Below, in pieces: positions 1 through 10,408 of a DNA stretch of 64,000 nucleotides (position 1 is its first letter; each line of letters begins with the position of its first letter). The notes beneath the pieces are model-generated. The model did not search any database. It was not told the origin of the DNA and saw nothing but the letters and a program-made list of their open reading frames with translations. The stretch covers positions 89,149 to 153,148 of the forward strand of contig CAVSFS010000011.1 in the NCBI GenBank assembly GCA_963727115.1. The letters are read 5' to 3'. Origin of the DNA: an uncultured beta proteobacterium (GTDB taxonomy: Bacteria > Pseudomonadota > Gammaproteobacteria > Burkholderiales > Rhodocyclaceae). Made by a program: the position numbers and the translations under genes.

Positions 1-674
1 CAGGGCAGCGCCAACTGGACTGTACCAAGCAGCGCAAGCAGCCCGAGATCATGTCCCGAGGCTTGCAGCGGCCAGGCCAGCGGCAGCGAAACCGCCGCCG
101 AGATCAGCGCGCCGACCAGGACCGCCGGCAGCATGTCCGGCGCGCCCGCCCCCGACTCGCCGACCTGCTGCAGCAGGGTCCAGTTGGCCGCGCCAGCTAC
201 CGGCACGGCGCAGGCGACCAGCGAACCGAGCAGCGATCCACCATTGCCGGCCTCGGCGCCGAACATCCAGAGAATGCCGGCAGCGGCGACCAGGATGGCC
301 AGCCAGGTGCGCAATGGCATATGCTTGCCGAGAAAGATGCGCGAGAACAGCGCCGCCACCATCGGTCCGATGGCCATTGTGACGAGCACGTTTGCGACCG
401 TGGTCAGCGTCAGGGCGACCATGAAGGCGGTGAACATCACCGCCCAGCAGAGGCTGGAAGCCCAGAACAGGCGGCCCGAATGCAACAGCCCGCGCCACAG
501 GCCCGGCCCGCGTAATGCCGTCAGGGCAAGCGCCAGCGACAGCGCAGTGAACAGACTGCGCCAGAAAGTAACTTCGAAACTACGCGCGGCATCGAGGTGG
601 CGGGTCACCACGCCGGCGATGCTCCACAGCAGCGTGACCAGCACCATCAGCGCCACGGCGCGGCGGCGAGTCAT
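1..674 (-). CDS. EamA/DMT-family permease; the C-terminal part runs off the window edge
   Basis: Hand translation of the reverse strand from ATG at 674-672 gives MTRRRAVALMVLVTLLWSIAGVVTRHLDAARSFEVTFWRSLF... The frame stays open to position 1, with several hydrophobic helices and GC3-rich codons. It is absent from the ORF track because no stop lies inside the window. Confidence 0.6.
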   Translation of the reverse strand, partial: MTRRRAVALMVLVTLLWSIAGVVTRHLDAARSFEVTFWRSLFTALSLALALTALRGPGLWRGLLHSGRLFWASSLCWAVMFTAFMVALTLTTVANVLVTMAIGPMVAALFSRIFLGKHMPLRTWLAILVAAAGILWMFGAEAGNGGSLLGSLVACAVPVAGAANWTLLQQVGESGAGAPDMLPAVLVGALISAAVSLPLAWPLQASGHDLGLLALLGTVQLALP

Positions 675-693
675 GCGGAAAGCCGTCGGTGTC

Positions 694-1428
694 TCAGGAA
701 TGACGACGTCTGGCCTCGAACAGGCAAACACCGGCCGCCACCGAAACGTTGAGGCTTTCGACGGCACCGTGCATCGGAATGCGCACCAGTTGATCGCAAT
801 TTTCACGCGTCAGGCGGCGCATGCCCTCGCCCTCGGCGCCGAGCACCCAGGCCGTGGCCTGCGGCCATTCAGCGCCGTAAAGATCGCTTTCGGCTTCGCC
901 GGCCGCGCCGATCACCCATATATCGCGCTCCTTCAGCTCGCGCAGGGTACGCGCGAGATTGGTGACCATCACGTAGGGCACGGTTTCGGCGGCGCCGCTG
1001 GCGGTCTTCGCCGCCACGTCGGTGAGGCCGACGGCGCGATCCTTGGGCGCGATCACCGCATGGACGCCGGCCGCATCGGCAACGCGCAGGCAGGCGCCGA
1101 GGTTGCGCGGGTCGGTGATGCCGTCGAGCACGAGCAGGAAAGCCGGCTCCTCCAGCGTATCGAGCACGTCATCGAGATGCGCCAGCTTGCGCCCGCCCTC
1201 GACGCGGGCGATGACGCCCTGATGTTTGGCGCCCGGCGCCATGCCGTCGAGCCGCTTGCCATCCGTGGCGACGATCTTGACGCCCTGCAACTCGGCATGC
1301 TTGAGCAGATCGCGGGCGCGCGCATCCTGACGCGCGGCATCGATCATGAGCTCCTTCACGGAATCCGGGTCATGACGGAGCTTGGCGGTGATGGCGTGAA
1401 AGCCGTAAATCAGGCGCGAGGAGGACAT
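694..1428 (-). CDS. rlmB: 23S rRNA (guanosine-2'-O)-methyltransferase RlmB (SpoU/TrmH family)
   Basis: 244-aa ORF with SpoU-type motifs (LVLDGITDPRNLGACLR, IPMHGAVESLNVSVAAG). It lies directly downstream of rnr, the usual rnr-rlmB arrangement. Confidence 0.85.
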   Translation of the reverse strand: MSSSRLIYGFHAITAKLRHDPDSVKELMIDAARQDARARDLLKHAELQGVKIVATDGKRLDGMAPGAKHQGVIARVEGGRKLAHLDDVLDTLEEPAFLLVLDGITDPRNLGACLRVADAAGVHAVIAPKDRAVGLTDVAAKTASGAAETVPYVMVTNLARTLRELKERDIWVIGAAGEAESDLYGAEWPQATAWVLGAEGEGMRRLTRENCDQLVRIPMHGAVESLNVSVAAGVCLFEARRRHS

Positions 1429-1497
1429 TTCGACGTTCTTTTCCGGAAAGGTGGCAAGTTTACCATCGCCAGCACCCTCACCTTACGCCTGCTACGG

Positions 1498-3708
1498 TCA
1501 ACCCCGCTTTTTGGCCTTTTTTCCGGGCTGCGCGTCACCAGCCAGCACGAAGTCGATCTTGTTGGTCTCCAGGTCGGCGCGCACCAGTTTGACCCGCACC
1601 CGGTCGCCGAGGCGGAAGCGCTGACCGGTGCGCTCGCCGAGCATCTGGTGCTTGATGTTGTCGAACTGGAAGTAGTCGGCGCCGAGTTCCGAAACGTGCA
1701 CCAGGCCTTCGATGTAGATCGTATCGAGGGCGACGAAGATGCCGAAGCCGGTCACCGCCGAAATCGTCCCGTCGAACTCCTCGCCGATGCGCTCCTTCAT
1801 GAAGAAGCACTTGAGCCAGTTCTCGACATCGCGCGTCGCCTCGTCGGCGCGCCGCTCGGTGGCCGAACAATGCAGACCGATTTGCTCCCAGTCGCCGACC
1901 GGCGTGTATTTTTCCCTGGCCAGCACCGCCTTGATGGCGCGATGCACCAGCAGGTCGGGATAACGGCGGATCGGCGAGGTGAAGTGCGTGTAATGCTCGT
2001 AGGCGAGGCCGAAGTGGCCGACGTTGTCGGGGCTGTACATCGCCTGGCGCAGCGAGCGCAGCATCACCGTCTGCAGGAGCTGGAAATCGGGGCGTGGCTT
2101 GATCTGCTCCAGCAGTTTGGCGTAGTCCTTGGCCTTCGGGTCGTCACCGCCGCCCAGCGGCAAGCCGAATTCACCGAGGAAGCTGCGCAGGTTCTTGAGC
2201 TTCTCCTCGCCCGGCGCTTCATGGATGCGGTAGAGACAGGTCTGCTTGTGCTCGGCGAGAAAATCGGAGGCACAGACGTTGGCCGCCAGCATGCACTCCT
2301 CGATGATGCGGTGCGCCTCGTTGCGCACCACCGGCACGATGTTCTCGATCTTGCCCTGGTCGTTGAAGAGCATCTGCGTTTCGGTCGTCTCGAAGTCGAT
2401 CGCCCCGCGCTCACCGCGCGCCTTGTGCAGCGCCTTGTAAAGTTTGTAGAGGTTCTGCAGATGCGGCTGCAGCGCCCGCTGGGCATCGCCTTCCGGCTTG
2501 GTTTCATCGGACAACCAGGACCACACCTGGTTATAGGTCAGCCGCGCGTGCGAGCGGAACACCGCGCGGTAGAAACGGTACTTGCCGATCTTGCCGGCGG
2601 CACTGATTTCCATGTCGCAGACCATGGCCATGCGTTCGACATCCGGGTTCAGCGAGCAGATGCCATTCGACAGCTTCTCCGGCAGCATCGGGATCACCCG
2701 GCGCGGAAAATAGACCGAGTTGCCGCGCTCCATCGCCTCCTTGTCGAGCGCCATGCCTGGCTTGACGTAATGCGAAACGTCGGCGATCGCCACCACCAGC
2801 CGCCAGCCGCGACCCTGCTTCTCGCAGAACACGGCATCGTCGAAATCGCGCGCCGTCTCGCCATCGATGGTCACCAGCGGCAGCCCGCGCAAATCTTCGC
2901 GCCCTTCCAGATCGGCCTTTTTGACCTTGTCGGGCAAGGCCTTGTTCTCGACCAGCGCCGCCTTGGAGAACTCGAAAGGCAAATCATGCTTGCGCAGCGC
3001 GATCTCGATTTCCATGCCCGGATCGGCATAGGTGCCGAGCACCTCGGTAATGCGCCCGATCGGCTGCGAAAACTTGTTCGGCTGCTCGATGATGTCGACC
3101 ATCACCACCTGCCCCGTCTGCGGCTTGATCTTCGCCTTCTTCTCGGGTGGCACCAGGATATCCTGGGCGATGCGCCGGTTCTCCGGCACCACGAAGACGA
3201 CGCCGTGCTCGACGAAGACGCGGCCGACGACCCGCGTATTGGCACGCTCGGTGACTTCGACGATGCTGCCCTCCGGGCGCCCCTTGCGGTCGACGCCGGT
3301 GACCCGAACCAGGGCGCGGTCGCCGTGCAGCACCTTGCCCATCTGGTGCTGCTCAAGAAAGATGTCGGCGCTGCCGTCATCGGGAATCAGGAAGCCATAG
3401 CCATCCGGATGGCCCTGTATCTTGCCCGGCGTCAGACTGGCGCGTTCGGGCAGGATGTAGGCACCCTTGCGATTGCGCATCAACTGGCCTTCGCGCTCCA
3501 TGGCCCCCAACCGGCGCTGGAACATTTCGCGTTCGCTGTCGGCGATGTCCAGCAGCCCGGTCAGTTCGGCGAAAGTGACGGGACGTCCCTCGTCGGCCAG
3601 TATCTGCGATACATATTCGCGCGACGGCAACGGAGACTCATAACGCACCGACTCGCGCTCGAAGAACGGATCGGCACGGCGGGTTTTGGATAGTTTTGTT
3701 CTTGACAT
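1498..3708 (-). CDS. rnr: Ribonuclease R
   Basis: ORF 1498-3777 trimmed to ATG 3708 (MSRTKLSKTRR...) because the upstream codons run into the tRNA-Leu gene. RNB-domain motifs are present (DFDDAVF, YFPRRVIPMLP, HFGLAYEHYTHFTSPIRRYPDL), followed by an S1-like domain and a Lys-rich tail. Confidence 0.93.
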   Translation of the reverse strand: MSRTKLSKTRRADPFFERESVRYESPLPSREYVSQILADEGRPVTFAELTGLLDIADSEREMFQRRLGAMEREGQLMRNRKGAYILPERASLTPGKIQGHPDGYGFLIPDDGSADIFLEQHQMGKVLHGDRALVRVTGVDRKGRPEGSIVEVTERANTRVVGRVFVEHGVVFVVPENRRIAQDILVPPEKKAKIKPQTGQVVMVDIIEQPNKFSQPIGRITEVLGTYADPGMEIEIALRKHDLPFEFSKAALVENKALPDKVKKADLEGREDLRGLPLVTIDGETARDFDDAVFCEKQGRGWRLVVAIADVSHYVKPGMALDKEAMERGNSVYFPRRVIPMLPEKLSNGICSLNPDVERMAMVCDMEISAAGKIGKYRFYRAVFRSHARLTYNQVWSWLSDETKPEGDAQRALQPHLQNLYKLYKALHKARGERGAIDFETTETQMLFNDQGKIENIVPVVRNEAHRIIEECMLAANVCASDFLAEHKQTCLYRIHEAPGEEKLKNLRSFLGEFGLPLGGGDDPKAKDYAKLLEQIKPRPDFQLLQTVMLRSLRQAMYSPDNVGHFGLAYEHYTHFTSPIRRYPDLLVHRAIKAVLAREKYTPVGDWEQIGLHCSATERRADEATRDVENWLKCFFMKERIGEEFDGTISAVTGFGIFVALDTIYIEGLVHVSELGADYFQFDNIKHQMLGERTGQRFRLGDRVRVKLVRADLETNKIDFVLAGDAQPGKKAKKRG

Positions 3709-3729
3709 GTCATTTACTTTCTTTATAAT
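3702..3729 (+). promoter_or_regulatory. Sigma-70 promoter candidate for tRNA-Leu (TTGACA-N16-TATAAT)
   Basis: TTGACA at 3702-3707, a 16-nt spacer, and TATAAT at 3724-3729. The tRNA 5' end at 3750 lies about 20 nt downstream. The -35 box overlaps the divergent rnr start codon. Confidence 0.6.
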
Positions 3730-3749
3730 TCGCGGCTCTTCGCACCGAT

Positions 3750-3834
<85 letters not shown>

Positions 3835-3847
3835 ACGATTTTGATCG

Positions 3848-3876
3848 AAGGCCTTGTTTATGCAAGGCCTTTTTTC
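3848..3876 (+). terminator. Intrinsic terminator after tRNA-Leu
   Basis: Perfect 9-bp stem aaggccttg / caaggcctt with a 6-nt loop, followed by a T-run (ttttt). Confidence 0.75.
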
Positions 3877-4027
3877 ATTTCCGAGGCCAGATTCCGGTCA
3901 ACCGCAGGGCGATCAGACCGTCTGTAAACCGATTGTCTCACAGGCCGAATCCTTGCTCAGTAACAATTCCTCACAATTCAGCGCCTGCTTGCCGTCATCG
4001 GCCTGCGCCCCGCCGCGTTATTTGGGC

Positions 4028-4429
4028 ATGAAAACGACCATTACGACTATCAGCTCAATCAGCCTCGCGCTCTGCCTCGCTCTGGGTACTTCCACGCCAG
4101 CTCTGGCGGACCGCGGGCACGACCGCGGCGGCTATCGTGGCCACTACGCCCCACCCTCACAGCATTACCACGGGGATCATCGCGGTTACGGGTGGGCCGG
4201 CCCGGCCGCCTTACTGGCGATCACCGGCATCGCCGCCAGCATAGCCGCTTCGAACTACTACGCGCCAGCTCCGGTGTACGTTGCGCCGCAGCCGGTCTAT
4301 GTCGCCCCGGCGCAACCGGTCTATTCGGCCCCGGCAGCCGGATACTGGAACTATTGCGGATCGGCCGGACAGTATTACCCCTACGTCAACGACTGCAGCG
4401 AAGGCTGGCAACTGGTTCCGGCGCGTTAG
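4028..4429 (+). CDS. Small exported protein: signal peptide, His/Gly/Arg/Tyr-rich segment, hydrophobic helix, Pro-rich PxPVY repeats, C-terminal two-Cys motif
   Basis: ORF 3854-4429 trimmed to the internal ATG 4028 (MKTTITTISSISLALCLALGTSTPALA...). It ends with GYWNYCGSAGQYYPYVNDCSEGWQLVPAR. The function is unknown. Confidence 0.6.
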   Translation: MKTTITTISSISLALCLALGTSTPALADRGHDRGGYRGHYAPPSQHYHGDHRGYGWAGPAALLAITGIAASIAASNYYAPAPVYVAPQPVYVAPAQPVYSAPAAGYWNYCGSAGQYYPYVNDCSEGWQLVPAR

Positions 4430-4486
4430 TACAAGGGGGCCAGGGGGCGCATGGACTGAACGCCGGCAAGGCCGTAGAGTGCGGCA

Positions 4487-5404
4487 TTGATGCACCGATA
4501 CTGCCCCACGATCCCCATGCGCCGACTGTTTCTTTCCTGGCTACTGATTGCCTGCACCCTCCCCGGCATTGCCGGCGCGAAGCAGGCCTATCCGTTTTCG
4601 GTGAGCGCCGAACGGCGCGACTCGGGTCACGACCTGATCGCCAGAAATCGCGGCCCGGCGCCGGTATCGGTTCGCCTCGCGCTGAACGCCACAGACAACG
4701 TCAGCGCCACCCAGCCCCTGCCCGTCTATGCCGTAGTACGACCCCATAGTGAGCTCTTGCTCCTGCAGATCCGCCCATCCTACCCGGGACGCAGCCTCCG
4801 CTTCTCGACCCAATCGACCTACAGCATCGGCAGCATTTACGCGATTCCCGACCCGCGCGCGAGCTACCGCCTGCCCTACCGGGATGGAAGCAGTTTCGTC
4901 ATCAGCCAGGCGGCCGGTGGCCCGCAGACCACTCACAACGCCGAGGACAGCGAGTATGCGGTCAACTTCACGATGCCGGAAAACACACCTGTCGTCGCCG
5001 CCCGCGATGGCGTGGTGATCGAGACTGAATCGGCGAACCGCTTCGGCGGCAAGGATCGCGGACTGTTGGCCATGGCCAACTACGTGCGCATCCTGCATGC
5101 CGACGAGACAGTGGCGACTTACGCCCATCTGGCCGCCGGTGCGGTTCGCGTGCAGACCGGGGAAAAGGTGAGCGCCGGGACGGTGATCGGACTGTCCGGC
5201 GCCACCGGCTATACCTCCGGCCCCCACCTGCACTTCGTGGTGCAGAAACTGGTGCGCAAGAACGAGGGATTCGCGATGGTCTCGCTACCAATCCGCTTCC
5301 ATGTCGGCAATCCACCCTATGTCTTCGAGCCGAAGTTCCGCCAGATGGCGACGGCCGATTACGCGACGCCCGGCAAGCCGCCGCCATTGGTCGACGCCCC
5401 GTAG
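4487..5404 (+). CDS. M23/LytM-family metallopeptidase, exported
   Basis: 305-aa ORF. A signal-like N-terminus follows the alternative ATG at 4517 (MRRLFLSWLLIACTLPGIAGA). M23 motifs are present: NYVRILHADETVATYAHL and GLSGATGYTSGPHLHFVV. Confidence 0.8.
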   Translation: MMHRYCPTIPMRRLFLSWLLIACTLPGIAGAKQAYPFSVSAERRDSGHDLIARNRGPAPVSVRLALNATDNVSATQPLPVYAVVRPHSELLLLQIRPSYPGRSLRFSTQSTYSIGSIYAIPDPRASYRLPYRDGSSFVISQAAGGPQTTHNAEDSEYAVNFTMPENTPVVAARDGVVIETESANRFGGKDRGLLAMANYVRILHADETVATYAHLAAGAVRVQTGEKVSAGTVIGLSGATGYTSGPHLHFVVQKLVRKNEGFAMVSLPIRFHVGNPPYVFEPKFRQMATADYATPGKPPPLVDAP

Positions 5405-5476
5405 GAATCCGCAGCGACGCCCCAGCTTTGCTGGCCGTCTTGCTGCGCAGGGGCTTCATCAGTCCCCTTGAGGGAC

Positions 5477-5503
5477 GAAAAACGGGCCGTTCAGGCCCGT
5501 TTG
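5477..5503 (-). terminator. Intrinsic terminator downstream of purA; may act weakly on the convergent M23 gene
   Basis: Stem aacgggcc / ggcccgtt (5481-5488 / 5494-5501) with loop gttca. A T-run follows on the minus strand (the complement of aaaaa). Confidence 0.65.
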
Positions 5504-5540
5504 ACCACAACCCGGTGCCACACTGGCACCGGAACGGGAA

Positions 5541-6848
5541 TCAGTTGAAGGGATGCTGTTTGAGAATGGTCTCGTCGCGTTCCGGACCGGTGGACACGAT
5601 GGCGATCGGCACCTGACAGAGCGTTTCCAGGCGATTCAGGTAGGCCTGGGCATTGGCCGGCAGGTCTTCCCAGCGCTTGGCCCCGAAGGTCGTTCCTGAC
5701 CAGCCGGGCATGGTTTCGTAGATCGGCTCGCAGCGCGCGACTTCGTCGGCGCCGATAGGCAGCAGATCGATGACCTTGCCATCCAGTTTGTAACCGTTGC
5801 AGATCTTGAGCTCTTCCATGCCATCGAGCACGTCGAGCTTGGTGATGCACAGCCCGGTCAGCCCGTTGATGCGGCCTGAACGGCGCAGCGCGGCGGCATC
5901 GAACCAGCCGCAACGGCGCTTGCGCCCGGTGACCGTGCCGAATTCCTTGCCGACCTGCGACATCTGGTAGCCCGGTACGCCGACCGTTTCGATATCGAGT
6001 TCGCTCGGGAACGGCCCGCCACCGACGCGGGTGCAGTAGGCCTTGGTAATGCCCAGCACGTAATGCAGCATGCCGGGGCCGATACCGGAGCCAGCGGCCG
6101 CCTGCCCCGCAACGCAGTTCGAGGAAGTGACGAACGGGTAGGTGCCGTGGTCGATATCGAGCAGCGTGCCCTGCGCGCCCTCGAACAGCAGGTTCTCGCC
6201 GGCCTGGTTGGCCTCGTACAGCGCTGCCGAGACATCGGCAACCAGCGGCCGCATGTGCTCGGCATCAGCCATCGCCTGATCGAGCACCATTTGGTAATCG
6301 ACCGCGGGCGCCTTGAAATACTGGGTCAGTGAAAAGTTGTGATACTCGATGACTTCCTTCAGTTTTTCGGCAAAACGTTCCGGGTGGAACAGGTCGTAGA
6401 CACGCAGGCCGCGCCGCGAAACCTTGTCCTCGTAGGCCGGGCCAATACCCTTGCCGGTCGTGCCGATTTTCTTGCCTTCGGCCTTGACGCTTTCACGCGC
6501 CCGATCGAGGGCGGAGTGGTAGGGCAGGATCAGCGAGCAGCCCGGGCTGACCTTGAGGCGCGAGCGGACATCGATGCCGCCTTTTTCCAGTTCGGCGATT
6601 TCGGCGATCAGGTGATGGATGTCGAGTACCACGCCATTGCCGATGTAGCACTTGACGCCGTCACGGACGATGCCCGAGGGCACCAGGTTCAGCTTGTAGA
6701 CCCGTTCGCCGACAACCAGTGTGTGGCCGGCATTATGCCCGCCCTGAAAGCGCACGACTCCCTTTGCATGGTCAGTCAGCCAGTCGACGATCTTGCCCTT
6801 CCCCTCGTCGCCCCACTGGGTACCCACCACGATGACATTCTTGGCCAT
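5541..6848 (-). CDS. purA: Adenylosuccinate synthetase
   Basis: ORF 5541-7706 trimmed to ATG 6848 ([22 protein letters not shown]...). P-loop and GGHNAGHT motifs are present. The longer N-terminal extension would overlap hisZ. Confidence 0.95.
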   Translation of the reverse strand: MAKNVIVVGTQWGDEGKGKIVDWLTDHAKGVVRFQGGHNAGHTLVVGERVYKLNLVPSGIVRDGVKCYIGNGVVLDIHHLIAEIAELEKGGIDVRSRLKVSPGCSLILPYHSALDRARESVKAEGKKIGTTGKGIGPAYEDKVSRRGLRVYDLFHPERFAEKLKEVIEYHNFSLTQYFKAPAVDYQMVLDQAMADAEHMRPLVADVSAALYEANQAGENLLFEGAQGTLLDIDHGTYPFVTSSNCVAGQAAAGSGIGPGMLHYVLGITKAYCTRVGGGPFPSELDIETVGVPGYQMSQVGKEFGTVTGRKRRCGWFDAAALRRSGRINGLTGLCITKLDVLDGMEELKICNGYKLDGKVIDLLPIGADEVARCEPIYETMPGWSGTTFGAKRWEDLPANAQAYLNRLETLCQVPIAIVSTGPERDETILKQHPFN

Positions 6849-6850
6849 TA

Positions 6851-8005
6851 TCAGTCCTCTTGTATTGTTTCGATGATCCAGTGCTCGCCCACCTGCGCGA
6901 GCTTTCTGTCGCAAACCGGGCCTTCGCAGGCAGTTTCGCCCGGCAGCAGTTCGACGACAACCTCTCCCTGTTCGCGCAGCGCGGCAATGTGCGCTGCGAG
7001 TTTTCCATCTTGTGCGGCATGCGGCGCCAATATGGCACCGCGCGTCTTGCTCGCCGGCGCCAGACGCGCAACCTCGCGCAAATCCATCGAGAACCCGGTC
7101 GCCGGACGATCCCGTCCGAAAGCCTTGCCGGCGCCATCGTAACGGCCGCCGAGCGCAATCGCGACGGGATAACCCGGACAGTAGGCGGCAAACACGACGC
7201 CGTTGTGATAATGATAACCGCGCAGGTCGGAAAGATCGATCGAGAACGGCAGGTCTGCCGCCGCCGATGCCAGGTGACGCAAGCCCTCGAGCGCCGCCGT
7301 GATGGCCGGCAGCGCGGGCAGTTCGGCCGCCGCGCGGTCGAGCACCTCGACGCCGCCATACAACTGCGGCAGACGCTGCAGCGCTTCCCGGTAAGGCGAA
7401 GGGACCTCGGCGCAAGACTCGATCAGGCCCGGGACATCCTTGGCCCGCAACAGGTTGAGAACCATCTCCTCGGATTCCTGCGGCAGTCCGGCGGCTTCGG
7501 CCAGCGCGCGGAAGATGCCGACGTGTCCGAGGTCGATGCGGCTTACCGGCACCCTGATCCGCGCGAAGGCACTCGCCATCAGACGGATCACTGCGAGGTC
7601 GGCGGCGATGCCGGCATGGCCGTAGAGTTCGGCGCCGATCTGCAGCGGCTCGCGACTGGCGGAAATGGTCGCCGGCAGCGTATGCAGCACGCTGTCGCAG
7701 TAGCACAGCCGGGTAACGCCGCGATGGTTGAGCAGGTGCGCGTCGATGCGCGCGGCCTGCGGCGTGATGTCGGCGCGGACGCCCATGGTGCGCCCGGAAA
7801 GCTGGTCGGCCAGCTTGAAGGTGCGCAGCTTGAGATCCTGCCCGGCCCCGGTCAGCAGTGATTCCAGATATTCCAGCATCGGCGGCATGACGAATTCGAA
7901 GCCGTGTCCGCGGAAATGATCGAGCACGGTACGGCGCAGGCGCTCGATGCGTTCAGCCTCGGCCGGGAGGGCGTCGGCAATGTATTCGGGTAACAGCCAG
8001 TTCAT
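6851..8005 (-). CDS. hisZ: ATP phosphoribosyltransferase regulatory subunit HisZ
   Basis: 384-aa HisRS-like protein lacking an anticodon-binding domain ([21 protein letters not shown]...). The hisZ-purA pairing downstream of hflKC is typical. Confidence 0.85.
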   Translation of the reverse strand: MNWLLPEYIADALPAEAERIERLRRTVLDHFRGHGFEFVMPPMLEYLESLLTGAGQDLKLRTFKLADQLSGRTMGVRADITPQAARIDAHLLNHRGVTRLCYCDSVLHTLPATISASREPLQIGAELYGHAGIAADLAVIRLMASAFARIRVPVSRIDLGHVGIFRALAEAAGLPQESEEMVLNLLRAKDVPGLIESCAEVPSPYREALQRLPQLYGGVEVLDRAAAELPALPAITAALEGLRHLASAAADLPFSIDLSDLRGYHYHNGVVFAAYCPGYPVAIALGGRYDGAGKAFGRDRPATGFSMDLREVARLAPASKTRGAILAPHAAQDGKLAAHIAALREQGEVVVELLPGETACEGPVCDRKLAQVGEHWIIETIQED

Positions 8006-8187
8006 GAGAACACCATGATCAGGACGAGGCCGATGATCATCGAGGTCAAGCCGATGAAGCGGATCTGCCCGTCCGTGAGTTGAACGAGCCGGCGGAAGGT
8101 TTCACGCCAGGCCGCCGGCGCGATGAAGGGCATCAGGCCTTCGAGCACGAGCATCAGCGCGAAGGCCAGCAACAGCGTCGAGGTCAT
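8002..8187 (-). CDS. DUF2065-type small membrane protein
   Basis: 61-aa two-helix ORF with 4-nt overlaps to both hflC and hisZ. This is the conserved position between hflC and hisZ. Confidence 0.65.
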   Translation of the reverse strand: MTSTLLLAFALMLVLEGLMPFIAPAAWRETFRRLVQLTDGQIRFIGLTSMIIGLVLIMVFS

Positions 8188-9074
8188 TTGCCCTTGTCGT
8201 TGCCGCGCCCGGTGCCCTTCATGTACTTGAAGAATTCGGAATTGGGCTCGACGACCAGCAGGTCGCTCTTGTTCTTGAAGCTGGAGCGATACGCTTCCAG
8301 ACTGCGGTAGAACGAATAGAACTCGGGATTCTGGTTGAACGCCTGACCATAAATGGCCGTCGCCTGGGCGTCGCCGTCACCCTTGATTTTCTGCGCGTCG
8401 CGATAGGCGTTGGCGATGATGACCTCGCGCTGGCGATCGGCATCGGCGCGAATCTTCTCCGCTTCCGCCGAGCCTTCGGAACGCAGTTCGTTGGCCACCC
8501 GCTTGCGTTCGGCCTCCATGCGGCGATAGACCGCTTCGCTGACCTCGCTGGGCAGCTCGACCCGCTTCAGCCGCACGTCGACGATCTGCACGCCGATCTT
8601 GCGCGCATCGGTATCGGCCTTGACGCGCATGTCTTCCATGATCCGGTCACGCTCGCCGGAAATCACGTCATGCACCGTGCGCTTGCCGAATTCCTCGCGC
8701 AAACCGGCGTTCACCGTCTGGTTCAGGCGGGTCTTGGCGCGCGCTTCATCGCCGCCAACCGAGATGTAATAGAGCTTGGGATCGACGATCCGCCACTTGA
8801 TGTAGGAGTCGACCAGCACGTTCTTCTTTTCGGACGTGATGAAACGTTCCGGTTCGTTGTTGTCCAGCGTCAGGATGCGCCTGTCGAAATAGCGGACATT
8901 CTGGATCATCGGGATCTTGAAGTTCAGGCCCGGCTCGGTAATCACCCGCTTGACTTCGCCCAACTGGAAAACCAGCGCGTACTGACGCTGATCGACGGTA
9001 AACATCGACATGGCGAGCAGGACCAGAACGGTGACGACAATCGCCCCCAGCAAATTGAGTTTCGTGCTCATCAA
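8184..9074 (-). CDS. hflC: Protease modulator HflC (SPFH/band-7)
   Basis: 296-aa ORF with an N-terminal membrane anchor and SPFH domain, overlapping hflK by 4 nt. Confidence 0.9.
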   Translation of the reverse strand: MMSTKLNLLGAIVVTVLVLLAMSMFTVDQRQYALVFQLGEVKRVITEPGLNFKIPMIQNVRYFDRRILTLDNNEPERFITSEKKNVLVDSYIKWRIVDPKLYYISVGGDEARAKTRLNQTVNAGLREEFGKRTVHDVISGERDRIMEDMRVKADTDARKIGVQIVDVRLKRVELPSEVSEAVYRRMEAERKRVANELRSEGSAEAEKIRADADRQREVIIANAYRDAQKIKGDGDAQATAIYGQAFNQNPEFYSFYRSLEAYRSSFKNKSDLLVVEPNSEFFKYMKGTGRGNDKGK

Positions 9075-10372
9075 CGGGCCTCCCGATCACGAGAACGCAG
9101 CGAGGGTTCGCGCGCGCGGCTCTGGTTGCTCAATGAATTGTCGAGCTGCGGCGGCGATTCATTGGAGGTCGGCGTCGCCGGCTTGGCCGCCGTTTGGGGC
9201 GCGACGACCGCATCCGTCGTGGCTGGCGAGGCGGCGATGGCGCCGGCACCCTGCATCAGCTTGTCGAGCGGCAGGTAGAGCAGATTGCCCTGTCCCTTCG
9301 CATCGACCATGACCTTGCTGGTATTGGAATATACCTGCTGCATGGTTTCGAGATACATCCGCTGCCGCGTCACCTCCGGTGCCTTGGCGTACTCGACCTG
9401 CACCTGCTTGAAGCGCGAGGCATCACCTTCGGCGGTCGAAATCACGCGCTGCTTGTGGCCGCTGGCCTCTTCCATCAGGCGCGCCGCCGTGCCCTTGGCC
9501 TTGGGAATGACGTCGTTGGCGTAAGCCTGGCCTTCGTTCTTCTGACGCTCGCGGTCCTGGCCGGCCTTGACGGCATCGTCGAAGGCCGCCTGCACCTGCT
9601 CGGGCGGCTGGGCATTCTGCATCGTCACCTTGGAAATCAGGATGCCGCTACTGTAGCGGTCAAGAATTTCCTGCATCAGCTTGGCGGCCTGGGCGGCAAT
9701 CTGCTCGCGGCCCTCGTAGAGCACGAAATCCATTCGGCTCTTGCCGACGATTTCACGCACGGCCGTTTCAGCAGCGCCCATCACCGCATCGTCGGGATGG
9801 CGGTTGTTGAACAGGTATTCACTTGGATCGCTGAGGAAGTACTGCACGGCGAACTGGATGTTCACGATGTTCTCGTCATCAGTCAGCATCAGCGCTTCGC
9901 GCAACACCTTGTTGCGCTCGCTGCCGCGATAGCCGATTTCGACGGTCCGCACGCCGGTCAGGTTGACCAGATCAACCGACTGGATCGGATAAGGCAAGCG
10001 CCAGCGCAGACCGGGCTCGGTCGTTTCCTTGTACTTGCCGAACTGCAGCACGATACCGCGCTGCGATGCATCGACGATGTAGAAACCGGAAGCCAGCCAG
10101 ATGACAAGCGCCAGCGCGACGAGCAAGCCGATGCCGCCGCCGAGGAACTTCGGATTGAAATCGATCTGCGGCAGGCGCGGCCCCTCGCCGCCGCCACCGT
10201 TGTTGCCACCGCCGCCTTTCTTGCCGAACATCTCGTTCAGCTTGCGGTTGAAGTCACGCCACAATTCTTCGAGGTCGGGCGGCCCCTGATTGGGCCGGCG
10301 CGGGCCGCCGCCATTGGGCTTGTCGCCGTCGCCGCTGCCACGGTTGCCCCACTGCGGGTCGTTAAGTGACAT
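9071..10372 (-). CDS. hflK: Protease modulator HflK (SPFH/band-7)
   Basis: ORF 9071-10396, probably starting at ATG 10372 (MSLNDPQWGN...). Gly-rich N-terminus, transmembrane helix and SPFH domain. Confidence 0.9.
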   Translation of the reverse strand: MSLNDPQWGNRGSGDGDKPNGGGPRRPNQGPPDLEELWRDFNRKLNEMFGKKGGGGNNGGGGEGPRLPQIDFNPKFLGGGIGLLVALALVIWLASGFYIVDASQRGIVLQFGKYKETTEPGLRWRLPYPIQSVDLVNLTGVRTVEIGYRGSERNKVLREALMLTDDENIVNIQFAVQYFLSDPSEYLFNNRHPDDAVMGAAETAVREIVGKSRMDFVLYEGREQIAAQAAKLMQEILDRYSSGILISKVTMQNAQPPEQVQAAFDDAVKAGQDRERQKNEGQAYANDVIPKAKGTAARLMEEASGHKQRVISTAEGDASRFKQVQVEYAKAPEVTRQRMYLETMQQVYSNTSKVMVDAKGQGNLLYLPLDKLMQGAGAIAASPATTDAVVAPQTAAKPATPTSNESPPQLDNSLSNQSRAREPSLRSRDREAR

Positions 10373-10408
10373 GAAAATTCCTAATGTCGGGATCATTTAT
10401 ATTGGGTA

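Noticed and set aside
133-3693. 1186-aa ORF on the plus strand spanning the DMT, rlmB and rnr regions
   Set aside because: It is antisense to three well-supported genes. Its translation is Arg/Ala/Gly-rich low-complexity sequence with no motifs. This is a typical shadow ORF of a GC-rich genome.
3835-5540. Possible integrated element next to tRNA-Leu
   Set aside because: There is no integrase, no repeat of the tRNA 3' end, and the two genes present (a small envelope protein and an M23 peptidase) have host-like composition.
5541-7706. 721-aa version of the purA ORF with a 285-aa N-terminal extension
   Set aside because: The extension overlaps hisZ in another frame and is Arg/Ala-rich nonsense. 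The canonical PurA N-terminus [19 protein letters not shown] begins at 6848, directly after the hisZ stop.
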